This document shows positions 41,851-48,912 of a stretch of 48,912 nucleotides of DNA, one piece after another. Numbering within the stretch: position 1 is the stretch's first letter; every line of letters begins with the position of its first letter. Made by a program: the position numbers and the translations under genes. The stretch comes from an uncultured Candidatus Saccharibacteria bacterium (GTDB taxonomy: Bacteria; Patescibacteriota; Saccharimonadia; Saccharimonadales; UBA4665): contig CAZHJG010000002.1 in assembly GCA_964533425.1 (NCBI GenBank), forward strand, positions 1 through 48,912. The letters run 5' to 3'. The notes beneath the pieces were generated by a model. That model saw nothing but the letters and a program-made list of their open reading frames with translations. It had not been told where the DNA came from and searched no databases.

Positions 41851-41880
41851 ATCCCCTCGATGCGAGCGAGGGGATTTTCA
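41851..41880 (+). terminator. Rho-independent terminator closing the 39075-41747 unit
   Basis: ATCCCCTCG-ATGCGAG-CGAGGGGAT followed by TTTTCA. Confidence 0.7.
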
Positions 41881-41992
41881 TGTGCAGGCTTCTCTTTTTA
41901 CCTCTGTTATGGTATGATATTCCGAGCCATTTCGCTAACGCAGGCAATTGCCAATGGTACATGGAAAATGGCTAATAGAAGCGTTAACGCGT

Positions 41993-42067
<75 letters not shown>

Positions 42068-42105
42068 AATATCAAGATTACATTCCTAGCGCCTACATTA
42101 TCCTT

Positions 42106-42516
42106 ATGATCAAACACCCTACCCTTGGCATCGAGTTCAACTTAATGGGTTATGTAGTTCCCGGCAGCTATAAAGATACTGACCCGAGTTATGCATACCT
42201 GGTTACAAAAGTATTAGACATCGCTTCCAACGAAGGATTCTGGCTAGCCGTTCCTGAAATTAAAGGTCTTGATGATAAACCTTTGTTCGATAGGATGGAC
42301 GAACTTGGCTACGGTGACCGTCGCGTCGCGCTAATGTATGATCATGAAGTTCCCGCCGTCCTTGGCATGTGCCGAATCGCTTTAGCGAACCTGCTGGACA
42401 AAAATCTTGACCCCGATGCATACGAGGAGAGCTATAGACACTTACCGTCCCCCGCAACCATGAAAATCCTTATCGGCTCGCTCGAAGAGTACGAACGTTT
42501 ACGGCGAGACGACTAG
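42106..42516 (+). CDS. Hypothetical protein
   Basis: This is the 136-aa remainder of the listed 41860 ORF after removing the part that overlaps tRNA-Glu. It starts MIKHPTLGIEF. No SD and no recognised motif. Confidence 0.4.
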   Translation: MIKHPTLGIEFNLMGYVVPGSYKDTDPSYAYLVTKVLDIASNEGFWLAVPEIKGLDDKPLFDRMDELGYGDRRVALMYDHEVPAVLGMCRIALANLLDKNLDPDAYEESYRHLPSPATMKILIGSLEEYERLRRDD

Positions 42517-42759
42517 ACCCCGCTGTTTACAGGTGTAGCCTCTAACGGCAGCACGCTTCTCAATAGGTCGTGCCACTGATTGAATTCCGATAAAATATGA
42601 TTCCAATTCGAAGTTAGGTAATTCACCAAGCGTATTTTATATAAGTGCGAAGCTAAATTTACAGCATTAAGAACATATCTTATCCGAAACTCCAAAATAT
42701 TTACTTGCAAAATAAAGGGGATATGGTTACTGTTGAGGTACTAAGTGGAGGCTCATCTG

Positions 42760-43104
42760 ATGACTGCCGGCAAAGCTTTCTTGTACCTCGTATACGGCGT
42801 GATTGTGGCTGGACTGGTGATTGCTATCATTGCTTCGTTTGGCAAATCAGCGCCGGCGCCGCAACAACCCCAATCGAACACCTCTTCCCAGCAACAAGCA
42901 AATAGTCAAAGTAAAGCAAAGACCACCCCCAATGCTGCGACTCCGGGCCAGTCAGCAACGCCTAAGCCGACCTCAACTCCTAGTAACACGCCAAGTCAGC
43001 TCAATAACACTGGGCCTGGCGATGTGGCAGGTCTCTTCATCCTGGTAAGTATCGTGGGGCTGTTTGGCTATCGCCGCTTTATTGTGAGAGGTTCCACCGC
43101 TTGA
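42760..43104 (+). CDS. Small Ser/Thr/Pro/Gln-rich surface protein with a C-terminal LNNTG-type sorting signal
   Basis: The ATG at 42760 lies 9 nt after GGAGG. N-terminal anchor FLYLVYGVIVAGLVIAIIASF. The C-terminus reads PSQLNNTGPGDVAGLFILVSIVGLFGYRRFIVRGSTA. Confidence 0.7.
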   Translation: MTAGKAFLYLVYGVIVAGLVIAIIASFGKSAPAPQQPQSNTSSQQQANSQSKAKTTPNAATPGQSATPKPTSTPSNTPSQLNNTGPGDVAGLFILVSIVGLFGYRRFIVRGSTA

Positions 43105-43246
43105 ACTTGAAACTGCTGGCTCTCTGGCTGGCCAGTTTTATCAGCCAGTCAAACGAAAGTAAGCGAAAGTAAAAAACGCCATTTGTAATGCCTGGACAAA
43201 GGGCTATACTGATCGTAAGCATTAATTTCTAAACGGGTGGGCGGTA

Positions 43247-44680
43247 GTGTCCAAAGCACAGGCAACGACGAGCGCGTCACTGGCGGCGCATAAGCGGACT
43301 AAGATAATTGCTACGGTCGGACCGGCCACGGATAGCTACGAAGCGATTCATGCACTCATCGCATCCGGTGTTGATGGTTTACGGTTGAACTTCAGCCATG
43401 GTACGCACGAGGAGCGCTCACGGCAGATTAAATGGATTCGAAAAGCTAGCAAAGAACTTGGCAAGCCAGTGGCTATTATTCAGGATCTGCAAGGGCCGAA
43501 AATCCGGCTTGGGGATTTTGACGGCATTGTGAATGTTAAACAGGGGCAGACACTGAGTTTTGCCTACCAGGCTGAGTATACGACTACAGGCCATTTACCA
43601 ACACAATACGATCTGGCAACTAAGGTAAAGCGCGGTGAACGGTTGTACTTATTTGATGGCAAAATCCGGGCTCTGGTCACCAGTGTCCGGGACGGCGTGG
43701 TGCATGCTCAAGCTGAAAACGAGGGAATTCTGGTGCGCCGCAAAGGCCTGAATTTGCCGGATACCGACTTCGGTGGCGACATCATTACGGCCAAGGATCG
43801 GGCCGATCTGGTGTACGGATCAACGCAGGATATTGATTACGTGGCCATGAGCTTCGTGCAGACGGCTGATGACATCGCAAACTTACGCAAATTGCTGAGT
43901 AGCATGAACAGCGACGCGAGAATTATTGCCAAGATCGAAACCAAGGCGGCGGTCGATAACATGGAGAGCATTATCCTGGCCTCAGACGTAGTCATGGTGG
44001 CTCGCGGCGACCTGGCCGTGGAAACTCCCACCGAAAGTGTACCAATTGTGCAGCGCCAAATTATTGGTCTAGGCTTGCGCTATGCCACGCCGACAATCGT
44101 AGCCACGCAAATGCTGGGTAGTATGACTGAGACCGCCGAGCCTTCGCGGGCTGAGGTGTCCGACATCGCCACCGCCGTGTTGATCGGCGCCGACTGCGTC
44201 ATGCTGAGCGACGAAACGGCTAGTGGCAAGTATCCGCTCGAGGCAGTTGAAATAATGTGCCGTGTCATCCACTATACCGAAGCGCACTCTCCTCTGAAGG
44301 TCAGCTTCCCTGGTAATGAAGAGCACAGTCGCCAGGTAGCCATCAGCAATGCCATTTTAAGCTTGGCTGAAAGCATTGCCGCCAAAGCCATCATTGCCGA
44401 GACCAAATCCGGAGCGACGGCGCTGCAAATAGCGTCTCTCCGCTCCAGCATTCCACTCATCGCCGTCACCAGCGACGATCGCACCGCGCAGCAACTGGCC
44501 ATCGTATACAGCGCCAAGAGCTATGTCCGCCCGGTTGACCCGCTGGCGGCCATCAAACTAACCGACTGGCTGCATAAAAATAAAGTCCTGCACCCGGGCG
44601 ACATCGTTGTAACTGCTTCTGGTCGCTATCCGGGCGTGGTTGGAACTACTGATACTATCAAAGTCCGTGTTCTGGAATAA
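43247..44680 (+). CDS. pyk: Pyruvate kinase
   Basis: GTG start. RTKIIATVGPAT, LRLNFSHG, IAKIETKAAVDN, MVARGDLAVE, ATQMLGSM. Confidence 0.93.
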   Translation: MSKAQATTSASLAAHKRTKIIATVGPATDSYEAIHALIASGVDGLRLNFSHGTHEERSRQIKWIRKASKELGKPVAIIQDLQGPKIRLGDFDGIVNVKQGQTLSFAYQAEYTTTGHLPTQYDLATKVKRGERLYLFDGKIRALVTSVRDGVVHAQAENEGILVRRKGLNLPDTDFGGDIITAKDRADLVYGSTQDIDYVAMSFVQTADDIANLRKLLSSMNSDARIIAKIETKAAVDNMESIILASDVVMVARGDLAVETPTESVPIVQRQIIGLGLRYATPTIVATQMLGSMTETAEPSRAEVSDIATAVLIGADCVMLSDETASGKYPLEAVEIMCRVIHYTEAHSPLKVSFPGNEEHSRQVAISNAILSLAESIAAKAIIAETKSGATALQIASLRSSIPLIAVTSDDRTAQQLAIVYSAKSYVRPVDPLAAIKLTDWLHKNKVLHPGDIVVTASGRYPGVVGTTDTIKVRVLE

Positions 44681-44683
44681 AAT

Positions 44684-45052
44684 TTATAAAGACCAAGCTT
44701 GGTCGACGACCCGCTGGCCCTCGCCTTGATTGAACATATCGATTGGTAACTGGTGGTTCTCTAAGATGGGATTGGCGCCGAATAGAACTCCCCGAGCAGC
44801 TGCAGCCGTGCGATGCCTGTAGATGAGCGCCATCATCACTTCAGTCAGACCTCGTAAGGCGGTCTCGGCGGCTTCGTCTGGCGTCCGCGTACCTTCGGCA
44901 TACTCCCTGATGCGCCGGGGGTCCCTCTCCCCGATCGCATAAGCCGTGTTTCCTTGGCCAAGCATCGTCTGGAGATAATCAGTAGCATTATCTATAGGCA
45001 GCTTCTTCACAATTCTCTTGAGTTGTTCAGGGCGGCTTTCTAATTGGCTCAT
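44684..45052 (-). CDS. Hypothetical protein with a DUF2384-like (Xre/MbcA/ParS antitoxin toxin-binding) C-terminus, tentative
   Basis: 122 aa. The C-terminus LFGANPILENHQLPIDMFNQGEGQRVVDQAW loosely follows the DUF2384 pattern. No toxin gene is adjacent. Its stop lies 3 nt from the convergent pyk stop. Confidence 0.4.
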   Translation of the reverse strand: MSQLESRPEQLKRIVKKLPIDNATDYLQTMLGQGNTAYAIGERDPRRIREYAEGTRTPDEAAETALRGLTEVMMALIYRHRTAAAARGVLFGANPILENHQLPIDMFNQGEGQRVVDQAWSL

Positions 45053-45153
45053 AGTCGTCTCCTTAGCAATAATTGCACGTATAATACAATGTTACACTAT
45101 TCTGAGCAAGGCCATGAGCCCTGACTTTTACCCCTGGCTTACAAACCTTCCAC

Positions 45154-45239
45154 TGTCATTCTCGGCTTGACTGGGATCCAGAAAAAAAGAAAAACACTAC
45201 TGTGTACTGTCTGGATTCCCGATCAAGCCGGAAATGACA
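45154..45239. repeat. 86-bp long-hairpin member of the GTCAT palindromic repeat family, copy D
   Basis: The arm TGTCATTCTCGGCTTGACTGGGATCCAG pairs with CTGGATTCCCGATCAAGCCGGAAATGACA across an A-rich spacer. It shares the GTCAT termini and the GATCAAG/GGGAT motifs with copies A-C. Confidence 0.8.
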
Positions 45240-45323
45240 CAGTTTTGCTAGTCAGGCTATGTGCTGTTCATATGTACAGGCATAAGCAGTATCTGTTATA
45301 CTGGGCGTAAAGACAGAGGTGGG

Positions 45324-46610
45324 ATGTTTACTAAACAAACAATTCGCGATATTGATTTGGAGGGTAAGACCGTACTCCTGCGGGCTGATTATAATGTGCC
45401 GCTGGAAGGCGGCAAAATTGCTGATGATTACCGCATTAAACAATCGTTACCGACAATAAAATACCTGCTCGAGAAAAACGTCCGCTTGATCATCTGCTCA
45501 CATCTTGGTCGCCCCAAAGGTCCTAAAGACCTGGAGAACAGCTTATTCCCCGTGGCTAAGCGCTTACAGCAATTGCTTGATCGGAGCGTAGAATTTGCCA
45601 CCGATTGTGTAGGCGAGCCAGCCCAAAAAGCGGCCAGCGGACTCAAGCATGGGCACGTTTTACTCCTGGAAAATCTGCGCTTTCACCCCGAGGAAGAAGC
45701 TAATGATGATAACTTCGCCAAAGAATTGGCGAACCTGGCGGACATCTTCGTGCAGGACGGCTTTGGTGTAGTGCACCGTGCGCATGCCAGTACCTCGGCC
45801 ATTACGCATCATCTGCCGAGCGTAGCCGGATTTTTGCTCGAGAAGGAAGTTGACACTATCACACGTGTCATGGAAGAGCCGGAACGGCCACTGATGGCTA
45901 TAATCGGTGGAGCTAAGATTGCTGACAAACTGGAAATACTACATCGCTTTATTGAAATAGCTGATTTCGTGGCCGTCGGCGGCGCCATGGCCAACACCTT
46001 TGTGGCTGCCCGTGGCGTAGATGTCGCCGAAAGTTTATACGATAAAGCCGATTTGCCCTTGGCTCGTGACATTATGCGTAAAGCCGGCCGCGAGGCGCAA
46101 AAACGGCGCTTTATTTTTGCCATACCTCACGACGGTGTGGTGGCCCACAGGATTGATAAGACGGTACCTACCCGCATCGTCGACTGGACGACCCACGTCA
46201 TCGCCGACATCGAGAACTATCCGCGCCGCGTCCCGCCAGCCGCCAGCCATATCCACGTCCACGAACGCATTCTCGACATTGGTCCGTTCAGCGGTTCATT
46301 CATCGCCGGTGGCGCGCAGTTGGCCAACACCGTAGTGTGGAATGGCACGATGGGGGTAACCGAAACTGAAGGGCTGCAGGGCCCTATCGGCCCATATTCG
46401 CATGGCACAGAGTTGGTTATCGAAGCACTTCTGGGAGAATTCGGCCACAAACCCTTCACTGTTGTCGGAGGCGGTGACACTGTGGGCTATGTAGAAGAAC
46501 GCAAGCTAGTCGGGGCCTTCGGACACGTTTCCACCGGAGGTGGAGCCAGCTTAGAACTGATGAGTGGCCGTAAGTTACCAGGAGTCGAAGCCTTACTTGA
46601 TAAGAAATAG
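45324..46610 (+). CDS. pgk: Phosphoglycerate kinase (428 aa, with an internal insertion)
   Basis: I place the start at the Met at 45324 (MFTKQTIRDIDLEGKTVLLRADYNVPL). Motifs: SHLGRPKG, LLENLRFHPEEE, GGAKIADK, GGAMANTF, GGGDT, STGGGASLE. Confidence 0.93.
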   Translation: MFTKQTIRDIDLEGKTVLLRADYNVPLEGGKIADDYRIKQSLPTIKYLLEKNVRLIICSHLGRPKGPKDLENSLFPVAKRLQQLLDRSVEFATDCVGEPAQKAASGLKHGHVLLLENLRFHPEEEANDDNFAKELANLADIFVQDGFGVVHRAHASTSAITHHLPSVAGFLLEKEVDTITRVMEEPERPLMAIIGGAKIADKLEILHRFIEIADFVAVGGAMANTFVAARGVDVAESLYDKADLPLARDIMRKAGREAQKRRFIFAIPHDGVVAHRIDKTVPTRIVDWTTHVIADIENYPRRVPPAASHIHVHERILDIGPFSGSFIAGGAQLANTVVWNGTMGVTETEGLQGPIGPYSHGTELVIEALLGEFGHKPFTVVGGGDTVGYVEERKLVGAFGHVSTGGGASLELMSGRKLPGVEALLDKK

Positions 46611-46631
46611 GGTACAATAACCGTAAGAACT

Positions 46632-47432
46632 ATGAGTTCAGTCAAACGCTCCCTCATCGTCGCCAACTGGAAAATGCACCTCGATGTGCAAGCTGCCAGT
46701 TTGCTCGTGCACCGTCTGGACAAAGCCATCAAAGTCCACCGCGAGATCGAGGTAGTTTTGGCCCCCAGTTTGCTGGCGTTGCAGCCGATCAGCCTGGAAA
46801 TCGATCGCCGGAAGTTTCGCCTAGCCGCTCAAAATGCCTACCATAAGGATGAAGGCGCCTTCACCGGTGAAGTCAGCTTTACCATGCTACGCGAACTGGT
46901 GCATTACGTCATTGTTGGCCACTCCGAGCGACGTATTTACTTCAATGAGACGCTAGAAGTGGTTCGCGATAAAGTACAGGCCGCCATCCGTAACGGCATT
47001 ACGCCAATTCTCTGTGTAGGCGAGACCAAACAGGAACGTTCCATAGGTGAAGCCCGCCAGGTACTGCACGATCAGTTAACGACAGCATTGGCTAATTTGA
47101 CCCCCGATGAAGTCGAGCAAGTTGTCATCGCCTACGAGCCAGTATGGGCAATTAGCACATTTGACGGTGAAGTGGCCAAGCCCGGCGACATTCAGCAGAT
47201 GTTTGAACTTATTCGCCACGAAGTAAGCGAGCTATACGGCCCAGCCGCGGCCGAAAACCTACGCCTGTTGTACGGTGGCAGTGTGAATGCCGATACGGTT
47301 AGTGCGTACTTATCTATTCCAGGTTGTGACGGTACGCTCGTCGGTGCCGCCAGCCTAAATTATCAGCAGTTTGCGGCTATTGTCGACACCGCCTATCGTT
47401 TATCACACACCGACGAAAAACATCATGAGTGA
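46632..47432 (+). CDS. tpiA: Triosephosphate isomerase
   Basis: VANWKMH, VGHSERR, AYEPVWAIST, LYGGSV. Confidence 0.93.
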   Translation: MSSVKRSLIVANWKMHLDVQAASLLVHRLDKAIKVHREIEVVLAPSLLALQPISLEIDRRKFRLAAQNAYHKDEGAFTGEVSFTMLRELVHYVIVGHSERRIYFNETLEVVRDKVQAAIRNGITPILCVGETKQERSIGEARQVLHDQLTTALANLTPDEVEQVVIAYEPVWAISTFDGEVAKPGDIQQMFELIRHEVSELYGPAAAENLRLLYGGSVNADTVSAYLSIPGCDGTLVGAASLNYQQFAAIVDTAYRLSHTDEKHHE

Positions 47433-48819
47433 AGCCAAAAAACCAGCCAAAGCCAGTAGTAAACGTATTATTGATGTGGCCCAGCCCGGAAAATCGGCGC
47501 CAGCTGCGACTTCAAAGCCAGTACTCATCACTAACCGCCCAATTTTGAAAGACCCAATGGTTGTTGAGGGTAGCAAAGAAGCGACTGAGGAGCCTGTGGC
47601 CGACGAGGTCAAAAAACTAAGCTCGACCACCCGAATTAAACTGCAACCACTCGACACAGATACGGAGGCGAAGGCTGATGAGGCGGAGACCAAAACCGCT
47701 GAATCTGAAACTACATCTGCACTTGAAACCACTGCCGAAAAGACCGATCTCCCTGCTGAGAAACCGGCGGAAGCAGTCGCTGATACAGCAAAGGCGACAG
47801 CTGAGCCTGATGCTCCGAAAGAGAAAGAACCTGACACTGATAAGGCCCTGGCGCCTAACCAAGACGCTGCCGAAAACAAGACCACTCCAGATGCTAAGCC
47901 GGCAGCTACCAAAACTACAGATAGCGAGACTGAAAAAACTGACGAAGTGGCTACTGAGGAAGGTGCAGAAGCCGATAACACTACACCCGACGCGGCCGAC
48001 GCCAAAGCCGCCGAGGAAGCTGCCAAGCACGACGCAGCCATTCAGGCGCTGGCCGACAGCAAAAAGTTTTACCTGCCGGTTAATGCCGTCGAAAAACGTC
48101 GTACCAAGCGGTTCGTCCTCCTCGGCGTACTGCTTAGCTTGCTGCTGGTTGTGGCCTGGGTGGACATTGCCGCCGACGCTAGCCTAGTCAAGCTGGGCAG
48201 CAAGGTACCGCATACTCATCTGTTTGGCCAGCAAAATATGACAGCTACAGTCATATCCCCTCCCGCTAAACCGACAGCTACATATAAAGCCTTTTCGAGC
48301 CCGGCCAGCCTGCTAACGTTCCACTACCCAGCCGCTTGGCAATTTTCAAATCACGGCAGCGCTACCGTTGACAACGTAAACCTTGATCCTCATAAATTGC
48401 CAACAACTGCAGATTTTAGTAATGGCTCAGTGGAAGTGCTGTTTGGCGAACACGTTTACGCCGGCAAGGATGCGCCACATACCGTTAAAGTAGTACGCTA
48501 CCAGAAACTAGCGCACTCCATAAATGGCGCGGTTTATCTACGTGACCTTGTATATCAAGACGCTGATGGAACTATCAATGTCACGTCCTCACTCAGCAAT
48601 GACAACACGACCAAGGTCGGCCAGACGCTGCAAACCACTAACGAAACGTTTACCGATACCGACGGCGCGACTAAAGTGCAGTTCTTCACCGACGTTATCA
48701 AGGTAGCTGGCACCAAAGTTGGCTTTAGCTCAATACAGCAGGCACAGGCGTATCTAAACTCCTCGACATACCAACAGGCGCGCAGCATTCTGCTGTCAGT
48801 CACACCTACAAAGAGCTAA
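47425..48819 (+). CDS. Membrane-anchored protein with a long acidic low-complexity N-terminal region, hypothetical
   Basis: I place the start at the ATG at 47425, which overlaps the tpiA stop by 8 nt. N-terminus MSEAKKPAKASSKRIIDVAQPGKSAP, then a ~200-aa A/E/T/K/D-rich segment, a TM helix (FVLLGVLLSLLLVVAWVDIAA) and a ~210-aa extracytoplasmic domain. Confidence 0.75.
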   Translation: MSEAKKPAKASSKRIIDVAQPGKSAPAATSKPVLITNRPILKDPMVVEGSKEATEEPVADEVKKLSSTTRIKLQPLDTDTEAKADEAETKTAESETTSALETTAEKTDLPAEKPAEAVADTAKATAEPDAPKEKEPDTDKALAPNQDAAENKTTPDAKPAATKTTDSETEKTDEVATEEGAEADNTTPDAADAKAAEEAAKHDAAIQALADSKKFYLPVNAVEKRRTKRFVLLGVLLSLLLVVAWVDIAADASLVKLGSKVPHTHLFGQQNMTATVISPPAKPTATYKAFSSPASLLTFHYPAAWQFSNHGSATVDNVNLDPHKLPTTADFSNGSVEVLFGEHVYAGKDAPHTVKVVRYQKLAHSINGAVYLRDLVYQDADGTINVTSSLSNDNTTKVGQTLQTTNETFTDTDGATKVQFFTDVIKVAGTKVGFSSIQQAQAYLNSSTYQQARSILLSVTPTKS

Positions 48820-48862
48820 TCCATGGCAGGCGTCTCGGTTTTCGTTTGCTAGAATGGCATAA

Positions 48863-48912
48863 GTGGTAGAACGCTTACTGGAGGGGCTAAATCCCGAGCA
48901 AAGACGGGCGGT
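48863..48912 (+). CDS. 5' end of a UvrD/PcrA-type helicase gene (runs off the window)
   Basis: The GTG at 48863 gives VVERLLEGLNPEQRRAV. LNPEQR.AV is the classic N-terminal motif of UvrD/Rep/PcrA helicases. Only 16 codons are visible. Confidence 0.45.
   Translation, partial: MVERLLEGLNPEQRRA

Noticed and set aside
43105-43160. A possible terminator after the LNNTG gene (CTGGCT...CTGGCCAGTTTTATCAGCCAG).
   Set aside because: The stems are short or loopless (CTGGCCAG is a self-palindrome) and the T-tract is weak. The evidence is not strong enough to annotate.
47403-48187. The antisense and off-frame ORFs 47403..48041, 47617..48030 and 47678..48187.
   Set aside because: They are shadows of the biased A/E/T/K/D-rich coding region of the 47425..48819 gene. 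They have low-complexity Ser/Ala or Arg/Leu composition.

Overview
48.9-kb bacterial window with about 60 genes and four tRNAs, all with an encoded CCA end. It uses the standard genetic code: TGA is a stop in tpiA and in the phosphoribosyltransferase gene.

Housekeeping genes: folA, folD, murI, murD, pyk, pgk, tpiA, two GH13 glycosidases, a PLP decarboxylase, a DMT transporter and a GAF histidine kinase with an orphan receiver. These are interleaved with an unusually high share of secreted or envelope proteins.

The tight packing, low-complexity surface proteins and fibre-like giant protein suggest a monoderm, possibly CPR/Saccharibacteria-like organism. That is inference only.

Main candidates for something new:
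- 1-9.4 kb: a surface locus with three WxL-like secreted paralogs, two membrane-anchored DUF916/DUF3324-like proteins and a 1492-aa tail-fibre-like protein with a ~300-aa glycine block.
- 33.6-41.9 kb: a MoxR AAA+ / degenerate vWA / DUF58-like module. It is flanked by a 770-aa acidic coiled-coil membrane protein and two secreted proteins. Three copies of one promoter type (AATTGACAAAA-N13-TAnAnT) appear to drive it.
- Three proteins ending in a non-canonical sorting signal, L-[VN]-N-T-G-[PA]-G + TM + basic tail.
- A family of modular palindromic intergenic repeats with GTCAT termini. Two 206-bp copies differ at one base and sit in inverted orientation 11.8 kb apart.

Smaller observations: a duplicated 5' fragment of tRNA-Arg, a neprosin-like putative glutamic peptidase, near-leaderless promoters, palindromes abutting tRNA 5' ends, and an orphan DUF2384-like antitoxin-type gene.

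No CRISPR array, rRNA, transposase, integrase or phage structural module was seen. All family assignments come from reading motifs by eye; no search was run.
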